Below the pieces are notes generated by a model. It saw nothing but the letters and a program-made list of their open reading frames with translations, was not told where the DNA came from and did no database searches. From NCBI RefSeq assembly GCF_039654945.1, contig NW_027361863.1, positions 2,728,001 through 2,792,000 on the forward strand: DNA of 64,000 bases, written 5' to 3'. Positions within the stretch are counted from its first letter, which is position 1, and the number at the start of each line of letters is the position of its first letter. The DNA is from Dendrobates tinctorius. Lineage: Eukaryota. A program made the position numbers and the translations under genes. This document shows positions 50,998 to 61,362 of the stretch, in pieces.

Positions 50998-51744
50998 TGT
51001 GTGTATATATTATATATACACACACACACTATGACTTATCTCGGCTAAGATAAAGCCTAGATCCTCAGGCTACAGTCACATTATGGGCGTAGCCAGGATC
51101 AAACCTGGGGGGGGGGGGGGAAGAACCTCATACTGTTCTGCAGAATTTCATACTGCACACCTCAGCTGCTGCAGAACCTCATACTGCACACCCCTACACT
51201 TGAAAATAAAGCCTGCACCTTTTGAAGATGTGGTGATGAATGCAGTCTATTTATTCCAACTATCAATTGATGTTGATGTGTTACTAAAGACAAGCAATGC
51301 CTGTCCTGGGCGTCCTTTTGGGCAGCTGTGAGGTGTACCTGACTGGTGCTAAAAAAAAAAGGAGTGTTAGTCTGTGTGCTATCCAGCTTTCATTCTTTTT
51401 GGTACAGATATGATATGGGTAGAGCAGATTTCTAATCTGATTTTGCTATTGAAAACATCTACGAGCTCAAAAACCTTTCAGGTGATGCCGTTTTTAAAAA
51501 AGCTGATCGGCTTTTGCAACTGAAAAACGTATCCTCAAAAAACGCAGGAAAAACACTGTGTGTGAATGTAGCCATAGAAGAGTCATTTATAGGACATTTC
51601 ATAACTTTCCCAAATTCCTATGAAAAAATATTCAGTACATTCTGCATTGAACTACTGTACCCAATTTATTATATATTTTAGGAGTCGGTCCATTTTATAC
51701 CGACTCCACAGCCCCGGATTCACTACTATAGTTTGGGCAGGTAA

Positions 51745-52165
51745 GGCCGGATTCACATTTGCGCTTTTGAGCGCAGCGACGGCCTGCGCACGGCCGCCGC
51801 TAAGCCCCACCCCCTGCCGCGCCTCCGCCAGTAGCTCCGCCTACCGGCGCATGACGCTGCATGCGTCCTGCGTCCCCTATCTTTATCACTGGGGGTGCAG
51901 GCCGTGCGCAGTATGCGTTTGGCGGTGCGTGCGTCCTTTTGACGGTGCGCCGACCGGCGCCAAACGCAACCTGCTGCAAAAGGACGCATGCGCCGCCAAA
52001 CGCATACTGCGCACGGCCTGCGCCCCCAGTGATAAAGATAGGGGACGCATGCAGCGTCATGCGCCGGTAGGCGGAGCTACCGGCGGAGGCGTGGCAGGGG
52101 CGGGGCTTAGCGGCGGCTGTGCGCAGGCCGTCGCTGCGCTCAAAAGCGCAAATGTGAAACCGGCC
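51745..52165. mobile_element. Near-perfect 421-bp palindromic MITE
   Basis: GGCCGGATTCACATTTGCGC...GCGCAAATGTGAAACCGGCC, TAA TSD, arms pair over ~195 bp. Confidence 0.93.
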
Positions 52166-52334
52166 TAATAGTGAAAATTTAGCAGAGCCACACAGGTGTC
52201 AGGATCTAGGTGTGGGTGGCCATGTTGGAGCTGAAACTTCGACAGCCGCTTTGATATACATATCTAAATACATGGAGGTATTGCAGGAAGCATGTAGCTG
52301 GTGATTGGTTAATTTTCTTTCTTTCTTGTTGCAG

Positions 52335-52563
52335 ACACGCATGCAGAGCCTACAGCCTGATCCCGCAGCACGCTACCGCAACGTCATGGAGGCCTTATCC
52401 AAAATCATCCGCACAGAAGGATTCTGGAGGCCGATGCGAGGAATGAATGTTACAGCCACAGGCGCCGGCCCTGCCCACGCTCTCTATTTTGCCTGCTACG
52501 AAAAACTAAAAAAGACATTGAGTGATGTTATCCGCCCTGGGGGGAATAGCCATATAGCTAATG
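52335..52563 (+). CDS. SLC25A28: Mitoferrin-2 coding exon 2 (229 bp)
   Basis: ttgttgcag|ACA...AATG|gtattg; [21 protein letters not shown]...[34 protein letters not shown]. Confidence 0.97.
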
Positions 52564-53939
52564 GTATTGATGATTCCTGTCCTGCATAATACTCAGCCGT
52601 TGTGCTTTTTTTTTTTTTTACCACTTTTTTTTTTTTTTTCCTAAAATTTGTATCCCTGTTACTGGAGACTGTGTACAGAGGATCTCATGGTGCACTCTCA
52701 GGGAGTAAGACCCTAAAAAGATAAAACTCTGCAACTTTCCATAATTCGTGCCACGTAACCTAACCTACCCTATTAGTCGCAGTAGGAGTTGTCCGTCATG
52801 TAGTTGAGCCTTGGAAGTGGAACGCCTGTTAATTTTTCATCTTGTGTGTCCAAAGTTCACGTGGCCGAGTGTCTAATGAACATTAACCCCCCTGGGTGGT
52901 GTAATCACAAGACTCCTCGGAGGTCGATCAATGACGATATTGTTCCTTCAAAGCTCACAATGATGTGACTTTGCTGCTGCGCAGGATCTGGCACCAGACG
53001 GAGGGCGCTCTCACACACACAGCTCCGCATAGCTGCTCTGACTGTTTTGCAGAGCGGTGCTGTGGCAGGAGACATTGACGTGTGTGGGCGCTGGTCATCG
53101 GTCACCCTGCTCGTTGTAATGGGGCACGAGTCCATGTCAGCAGCGGATCGCTGGGAGACGTGAAGTTCAGCTGCCTTTTTTCCCTTAATCTTTTCCGGAG
53201 TGCATCTTTTTTCTGTGTCTTAAGTGTCCCAGGTTTCAGGAAAAAGCTACAAATAATTAACCAGGAAATGTAGCGTTTTATAGTGCGGGATTTGGGAATT
53301 TACAGAAGGTCACTTGCATTTGTTTTATTGCAAACAGAGTTTTCCAAGAAAAGTGTTTGTTTTTTTTGTCCCCCTCACCCATAACGTACTCGCCCTCTGT
53401 TGCTCCCAGTCGTTGGCCGGCCTTGTGTTGACCACATAACCGCTGAGCTCAATGATTGACTGCAGTCATGATGTCACGTCTGCAGTTTCTCAACAAACAC
53501 TGGGCCCGTATCAGGGAGGCATTGTTGGCGCAGTGGGGGGGGTGAGTATAGCAGAGGTTCTCTTTTTGTTTGTTTTTTATCTGCAAATAAAAAAGCTTTT
53601 TCTTGGAAAACTCTTTAGTGTATGTTCACCTTTGAAATCCATCATGGAAATTATATCAAGATAGAATTGTATATACCCTATACCAGAAGTTCTGAGTGGC
53701 ATAGTATGCATTGTGAATCTGTTCTTGAGTCAGTGGGGTATAAGGGCACGCCATACATCACCCCAAATGTTTGTTTCCTTTTTCAAATACTATGCTTTTC
53801 TTACTTGACCCGTACTGATTGGTAGTGACATCATGTCTTACAGTGGTGCTCCTTTCATAAAGTGATGGCATCTGAAAGCACTAATTTAGCTCTTTCCTCC
53901 ATAAAATGTTTTATTTGGACATCACTGCACCTGGCATGG

Positions 53940-55280
53940 TGGCTGCTGCTTCTGTATGGCTCCTGGCAGGGTGGCTGACGCTGTGTGGGGTGGTTGCTCC
54001 TGGCAGGCTTGGCTGCCGCTGTATGGGGGTGGTTGCTCCTGGCAGGCTTGGCTGCCGCTGTATGGGGGTGGTTGCTCCTGGCATTTGGTTGCTGTATGGG
54101 GTGGTTGCTCCTGGCAGAGTAGCTGCTGTATGGGGTGGTTGCTCCTGGCAGGCTTGGCTGCCGCTGTATGGGGTGGTTGCTCCTGGCAGGCTTGGCTGCC
54201 GCTGTATGGGGTGGTTGCTCCTGGCAGGCTTGGCTGCCGCTGTATGGGGTGGTTACTCCTGGCAGTTGGTTGCTGTATGGGCTGGCTGCTGAATGGGGTG
54301 GTTGCTCCTGGCAGAATGGCTGCTGTATGGAGTGGTTGCTCCTGGAAGGGTGGCTACGTTATGGGGTGGTTGCTGTATGAGGTGGTTACTCCTGACTGAG
54401 TGGCTGCTGTATGGGGTGGTTGCTCCTGGAAGGGTGGCTACGTTATGGGCTGGCTGCTGTATGAGGTGGTTGTTGTATGGGCTGGCTGCTGTATGAGGTG
54501 GATGCTCCGGGCAGAGTGGCTGCTGTATGGGGTGGTTGCTCCGGGCAGAGTGGCTGCTGTATGGGGTGGTTGCTCCGGGCAGAGTGGCTGCTGTATGGGG
54601 TGGTTGCTCCGGGCAGAGTGGCTGCTGTATGGGGTGGTTGCTCCGGGCAGAGTGGCTGCTGTATGGGGTGGTTGCTCCGGGCAGAGTGGCTGCTTTATGG
54701 GGTGGTTGCTCCGGGCAGAGTGGCTGCTGTATGGGGTGGTTGCTCCGGGCAGAGTGGCTGCTGTATGGGGTGGTTGCTCCGGGCAGAGTGGCTGCTGTAT
54801 GGGGTGGTTGCTCCGGGCAGAGTGGCTGCTGTATGGGGTGGTTGCTCCGGGCAGAGTGGCTGCTGTATGGGGTGGTTGCTCCGGGCAGAGTGGCTGCTGT
54901 ATGGGGTGGTTGCTCCGGGCAGAGTGGCTGCTGTATGGGGTGGTTGCTCCGGGCAGAGTGGCTGCTGTATGGGGTGGTTGCTCCGGGCAGAGTGGCTGCT
55001 GTATGGGGTGGTTGCTCCGGGCAGAGTGGCTGCTGTATGGGGTGGTTGCTCCGGGCAGAGTGGCTGCTGTATGGGGTGGTTGCTCCGGGCAGAGTGGCTG
55101 CTGTATGGGGTGGTTGCTCCGGGCAGAGTGGCTGCTGTATGGGGTGGTTGCTCCGGGCAGAGTGGCTGCTGTATGGGGTGGTTGCTCCGGGCAGAGTGGC
55201 TGCTGTATGGGGTGGTTGCTCCGGGCAGAGTGGCTGCTGTATGGGGTGGTTGCTCCGGGCAGAGTGGCTGCTGTATGGGG
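53940..55280. repeat. 34-bp minisatellite, degenerate 5' half and homogeneous 3' half
   Basis: Unit GGGGTGGTTGCTCCGGGCAGAGTGGCTGCTGTAT. Confidence 0.96.
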
Positions 55281-55996
55281 TACTGAAGCCAACCCTGTTC
55301 ATGCAGTAACACTGTGCAAGAAAAAAAGTGTTGCAGCGTCTTTATTTTCAGGCTATGTGGTTTCAGCTGTCAAATCACAACCGATCATAATGTGATGGTT
55401 ATCTTAATTCTGTACTATGGTGGGGGGTCCACCTTCCAGGACCATCTTTTCAGCTGTATTTTTGATTGCTAAGTTTCTCCTCCAGCAGCAAAAATGTTTA
55501 TTCAGACAGGGGAAGACCTCATCAGAGTTGGTGTTTTTTGTTTTTTTTTTCGCCATAAGTGATGACATCCTATCTTCTGGAAAGGTGATAAATGTTTGGT
55601 TGCTGGGAGCCCACAGATCCCTTTATGGGGATAACCTTTTCATTGTGGATGGAGGATCAGTGAGCATGCACCTCTCCATTCAACTTCAGCATGTATGGCA
55701 CCCGGCTATGACCATCTTTGGATAGATTAGTATATTTGGTAGTAAGAATCTGAAAAACTGTGACCATTTTAGATCAGCCAGCCTATTGTACTAAGGAAAT
55801 GATGGAGTAGCTGTGCCTGGATGTGAGTGCAGTGGTAAGTGGGAATGGTCGGGGGGGTATGTATTCCTATTATTGATATTTAGGGGTACATGGCCCATTA
55901 ATGATCAGTGTCATGATTGTAGAAATATCGGAGCATGTTTGAGCCTCAGTGTTTCTGAAACTATGTCTACTGAGTAATTTGCTGCTTTAGATTTTT

Positions 55997-56065
55997 TGCA
56001 GGTTAGGAGGTCTGCAGGTTAGGAGGTCTGCAGGTTAGGAGGTCTGCAGGTTAGGAGGTCTGCAG
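55997..56065. repeat. 16-bp tandem repeat x4
   Basis: GCAGGTTAGGAGGTCT. Confidence 0.9.
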
Positions 56066-57159
56066 CAGAGTGATCCTTTGTACACTCTGCTGTACCTATT
56101 GCATCATGTTACATGCTACGTTGGATATAATTTATGGTGGCAATAAGGCCTATAGAGCCTCCATACCGGTCTGCTCAGCTGTCATGTGCTAGCAGTGCCG
56201 TGCTATTTCAGTGCATGCAGGTTCTGGAAGATGTAATGTTTAGAACTTTTTTCTTCCAGTATTAAGACTATCTGTAAATGTCTTGTCGAATTCCGTAATT
56301 GTATAGAGAAGAGGACTTGATGGCGCTCCCCATCAGTGCGAGATGAGTAAAGCAATGGTATAGGTCTTTGGGCGCCGCTCACATCCGTGTTTTAGATCTG
56401 CGGAGCCAATGACATTACGAACCTGTGCCCAATATGTGTGGGGTTATAACGTTATTGGGCATTGCTCATTTCCGATGTGGAAGCAAGTGGCGCCGGGTAA
56501 CCTCCTTTTAGCGGCACCTTGTATGTAGATTGGACCTGTAGGGAAATTCTGAAATGGTGACCAAAGGTGAATTCACACTCGGACTGACCCCCACATAACA
56601 AATGGTATAACACATAAGGGAAAGTCCTTAATGCCGGCTGTTGGACATTAAACAGTGATGACCAACGCCTTGTACCAGCTTACCACCAGGATAGTGCGTC
56701 TCCAGTTTTATAAAACTTCTGGCTGGTGGGGTCTGTACAGTGAGACACCCCCCCACTACTACTTTTGAGCATGAATGTCTTGTATGTCAGTGGTTTTTCA
56801 CATATGTGGTATCATAATGACACAGAGATGTTGGGAGAGTCCACTAAAGACCACTGACCCCACAGGATCCCTCTGACCTGTGGCTTTTATGTGGCTGGAG
56901 ATGGTGCGTTGCTGGAAGCTAATATGGTACCAGGCATTGTCCTGCATGTCCCCTCTGTATGGAGAATGCCCCTGCAGCCTCGTATAAATGTGTATTGATC
57001 ATAAGTCGAGGCCATGATTTAAGGGTATTGGCTTCCGACTCCTCCGTAGATCCTCGAGGGTCGGGTTTAGAGGGCATCGCTCTAGCAGTTGCCCAGGGCG
57101 AGTTTAACCCTTTGCTGTGACTCCGCACTCCCTCACTTGATGCAGTTTTTGTCTTTCAG

Positions 57160-57216
57160 GGGCCGCAGGATGTGTAGCGACGCTGTTGCACGACGCAGCT
57201 ATGAATCCGGCAGAAG
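57160..57216 (+). CDS. SLC25A28: Mitoferrin-2 coding exon 3 (57 bp)
   Basis: gtctttcag|GG...GAAG|gtgag; (G)AAGCVATLLHDAAMNPAE. Confidence 0.96.
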
Positions 57217-57590
57217 GTGAGAAATTAGTGCACCCGGCAGCTGCAGCGGTGAATGTAGCTCATACAGTGCTGTTCTATGCCACAGGCAGGGGAGGATCTG
57301 CTGACCCCCAAATGTTGCTACTACGTGTATGAACTCCTTTATAAGCACTATAAGACCATATAGCCTGAGGTCCTGTCTGCCCCTGATATACAGCAATGCA
57401 GGAATCTCCTATTGCTTGTGTCCTTTTCCCTAATGACATCGCCCCGGTTGCATGCAGACCTGTCTTCACTTGCGACATGTATGAACAGCTCTCAACTTGA
57501 CCACACATTTCTCCTGAAAACCCTCTGTGCTGCTGGGGGAGTTTTCCTTCAAAGACTTAGTCTACCCATTTTTATTCATTGTATTCTCGT

Positions 57591-58257
57591 TTACCCCTTT
57601 ACAACCTCTGCCGTACTAGTACGGCAGAGGTCGCTTCTCTGCCTGTGATGTGGGCTCTGGCGGTGAGCACACCTCTTTCCTGGGACATGTCAGCTATTTT
57701 GAACAGCTGACATGTGCCCGCAATAGCCGCAGGTGGAATCGCGATCCACCCGCGGCTATTTACTAGTTAAATGCCGCTGTCAAACGCTGACAGCGGCATT
57801 TAACAAGCCGGAAACATGCTCACCATTGACCCTCGTCACGTGATCGCGGGTCACCGGTTCGTTAGGAAGACATCCAGAGGTCTCCTGGAGACCTTCATGG
57901 TTGTCCGTGCTAGCTTGCTGTGAGTGCCACCCAGTGGTCGGCGCTCATAGCAAGTCTGTAATTCTACTACATAGAGGTGATCTGACATCACCTGTATGTA
58001 GCAGAGCCGATTGGGTTATGGCAGGTTCTAGTCTCCTGTGGAGACTATTGAAGCATGTCAAAAGTAAAAAAAATTTTTTTTAAATATATTAAAAAAAAAA
58101 AAATCTTTTATTTAATTTTGGATTTTTTTTCACCACTTTAAAAAAAAAAAAAAAAAGAACCTAGACATGTTTGGTGTCAATGAACTCGTAATGACCTGGA
58201 GAATCATAATGACAGGCCAGTTTTAGCATTTAGTGAACCTAGGAAAAAAGCCAAACA
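57591..58257. mobile_element. Left part of a TTAA-type non-autonomous element
   Basis: Starts TTTACCCCTTT; subterminal palindromes (ACCTCTGCCGTACTAGTACGGCAGAGGT). Confidence 0.6.
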
Positions 58258-58709
58258 AAAAATAGAATTGGATTTACCGGTAATTTGGTTTCTAGGAACC
58301 TTCCACGACGGTATACGGAGGTTACCTCTTTGCCCTGATTGGGGACAGGAAACAGGTTAAAAGGCCCTCCCACCTGTCAGTGACTTATAACTGAGACCGT
58401 AGCCCTGGTTTACCTTCCAATTCCCATAGTCTTTATCCAGGAGTATAGGGGTGGGAATTAGTGCCGTCGTGGAAGGTTCCTAGAAACCAAAATACCGATA
58501 AGCCTAATTCTATTTTCTCTAGTCACCTTCCACGACGGTATACGGAGGAATACCAACAAATTTGGCACTAGGGAGGGACAACGGCCTGGGAACCTTTTGG
58601 CCGAAGACTAGATCCCTACTGGATGTTACATCCAGTCTATAATGCTTTGAGAAGCTATGGAGTGAAGACCACGCTGCTGCCCTGCAGATCTGCTCTGGAG
58701 ATGCACCTG
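58258..58709 (-). mobile_element. 3' end of a DIRS element (YR C-terminus, ICR, right ITR)
   Basis: Minus strand reads GASPEQICRAAAWSSLHSFSKHYRLDV; 58258-58311 is inverted at 58464-58516; 58293-58320 is repeated directly at ~58519-58547. Confidence 0.88.
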
Positions 58710-59956
58710 TTTTTCTCCTTTGTCTCATTGGGGGACACAGGTACTGTGGGACACAGGTACTGTGGGTGTATGCTACTGCCACCTGGAGGCTAAAACTAAG
58801 TGAACAAAAAAAGGTTAGCTCCTCCGCCGCTGCATACACCCTCGCCCCAATTGCCGGCGGAACTGTTTTTTGCTTAGTGTCCTTTGGAGGCACACACGTC
58901 TGGATGTCTCCAGACTATTTTTTTTCCCCTTTCCATGAAGATGAGACAGGGGCGACGGATCCTATTGAAAGGGTCCGATCTCCCCAAACCATCAACAGGC
59001 AAGCATGAGTATCGTCTCCGCGTATCCTTTCCCGCACCGTGGGACATATCTGGGTCTTTTTCCCCAGACTTCTATTTTTCTTTATTTTATGAAGATAAGA
59101 CAGGGGCAACGCACCCTGAAAGGATCTGATTTCCCCAAACCAACAACGGGCGAGCACGTGCGAATGTCCCTCCACGTATCCTCTCCCGCAACGTGGGACA
59201 TAATGCCAGACTTAGCCCTGTCCACCCCTAGGTATGGAAACCATGGGCTTGCACAGAGGCACAAGACTAGTCTGTGTGGCCCCCACTGCTCCACCAACGC
59301 TAGACGGTGGTACTGCAAGGCGGCGGATGGTCCCTCTCCTCACCCCCTGAAGGGGTTAGACGGAGCTAGGGTTCCTGCACCATCCAGAAATTAACCCCAT
59401 CCCCTCTATCTGGAATGCTGGATCCGGAGTCAGGTATGGAGGGCTGGGGAGGATCCTGCGGCAGCGTCCCGGAGAATCACTGAGGCTCCAGGCGTCTTGG
59501 GAGGTATAGGGCAATCCTCCTTCCCTCTTTTTCCTCCTCCCTCCTGCAGGGGCCCTGTGTTTGCGGAACATTTGCCGGGTGCCGGCGGTAGATAGAGCGC
59601 CCCCCCCGCGCGGCGGGCGGGCATGCATGAAAAACTTGGTCCGCGGCTTCGGCCGTCACTAGGCCGCGGGCAGAAGTCACGCCCCGGAGTGATGTCATTC
59701 CCGACCCCCCCCCCCCCCCCGGCTAGGGCGGACGCCGAACAAATTGAGCCCCTGGCTTCATTGCAGGGTAGGCCGCGATTGGGTGAGGACGTCCCGGCCT
59801 ACCCAGAGGAAACGCAGGCAGCGGCAGGAGCACTTGGGGACACAGGACGAGGTAAGTGGACCCCGACCCTGAAGGCGCGCTACGGGCGATTAAAGGTGGT
59901 GTTTTCCTCCTTTTCCCTTCATCGCAACCCTCATATAAATTAGGCCTGGCAGTAAT

Positions 59957-61170
59957 ATGTCCGGAAAAGATAAAGCACACACGTTGCTTTATGCCGCATG
60001 CATTTCTTGTGGAGTTAGGTTTCCACGGGCACAGAGCCAAAAATTATGCGAAACCTGTGACTCCGAGCGCGCCCAGGGGTCCGGATCCCCCGGAGTGGGC
60101 CTTATCGCTTTCCCGGTCCATGGCATCTCTGACAAAGGTGATTGATATCCTTCGGGCCCCAGATAGGGGCAGAGATGGCGGCTCGCCTGTCTGGGAGGGA
60201 TCATCCACCTCACAAGAGCCTCCGGCCTGCATGGGCCGCTCTCACTCTAGACAGGCGCATAGGAAGAGAACCCACACAGTGTCTCCGGGCCCGTCCGGTG
60301 CTTCGGCATCCGTGAGTGCGGCGTCTCGTTCACTGTCTCCGCTATCCAGGAGCGAACAGTTCGGATTATGACACTGATGAGCCCCTGGACCTAGATGCTC
60401 CAGGGTGTCGGGAAACGGTTGACAGTCTCATTGAAGCGGTCAATCAGACTTTGGGTATAGAGGATGAGATCTCTCTGGCCTCAGGTCATAAAGTGTCCTT
60501 TAAGAGGGCCAAGCGACCACATAGAGTATTTAGCACTTGCCCAGAGTTCGAGGACATAGTGCAGCGTCACAGGGAACGACCGGACAGGCGGTTTTCGGGC
60601 CAGAAAACGCTGGACGCAATGTATCCGTTTGCACCGGAGCTCTGTAAGAAATTGGCGGAATCCCCAGTGGTGGATCTGCCAGTGTCACGCCTGGCCTCGA
60701 AGTCTGTTATCGGTACCTAGTGTTTCTTCCATTAAAGAGCCCACGGATCGGCTCATAGAGAATTTGGCCCGCTCGGTTTGAGGCATCAGGTTCAGCTCTC
60801 TCCCCCTCATTTGCAGCAACATGGGTAGCCAAGGCCATGATGTCATGGTCAGAATCATTAAATAAAGTCTTGCAGGATAGGGACCTGCCGACGGAGGTAT
60901 CAGAGATAGCGAGTCAGATCGCGATGGCAGGTGATTACCTGATCAATGCTTCCTTAGATGCTGCTAATTGCGCGGCACTAGCGGCGGCAAATGCAATCGC
61001 CATTAGGAGGGCTCTATGGTTAAGGATGTGGCGGGCTGATTCGATTTCCAAAAAATCCTTAACTTCCCTGCCTTATCAAGGTAGCCACCTATTTGGGGAG
61101 AAATTGGACCAACTCATCTCTGATGCTACGGGGGAAAAGCACTTTTCTCCCACAGCAGAAGATTAAGCCG
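59957..61170 (+). pseudogene. DIRS ORF1 (gag-like), frameshifted
   Basis: N-terminal CISC...CETC; PVVDLPVSRLA; RRALWLRMWRAD...LPYQGSHLFGEKLD, typical of vertebrate DIRS ORF1. Confidence 0.8.
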
Positions 61171-61362
61171 CCGTTTCGTCAGCCTCAGGCCCGGTTTTGG
61201 GTGTTTCGTAACCCCATGTGGATGGCAGCGGCCAGTTCCGCCGCTCCAGTTCGCTACAACCAAGACAGGCATCGACAGGTCACATATAGAGCCAACCCGC
61301 TGGGCAGGATGCGGGCTCGCCAGCCCAGGTCAAGGGGAGCCAGATCCCAAAACCCTCAGCTA

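Larger units (their letters stand above)
49106..51716. mobile_element. Non-autonomous hAT element hosting a nested Tc1
   Basis: TIR CAGGGCTGTGGAGTCGG / CCGACTCCACAGCCCCG; exact 8-bp TSD GATTCACT. Confidence 0.9.

Noticed and set aside
53906-55395. Multiple overlapping long ORFs
   Set aside because: 34-bp minisatellite artefact
56180-56220. Iron-responsive element candidates (CAGTGC loops) in SLC25A28 intron 2
   Set aside because: The flanks do not form the 5-bp upper stem with bulged C, and the location is intronic
58910-59213. Hammerhead ribozyme call for the DIRS leader repeats
   Set aside because: No CTGANGA...GAAA core with the required helices on either strand; kept only as an unclassified structured candidate
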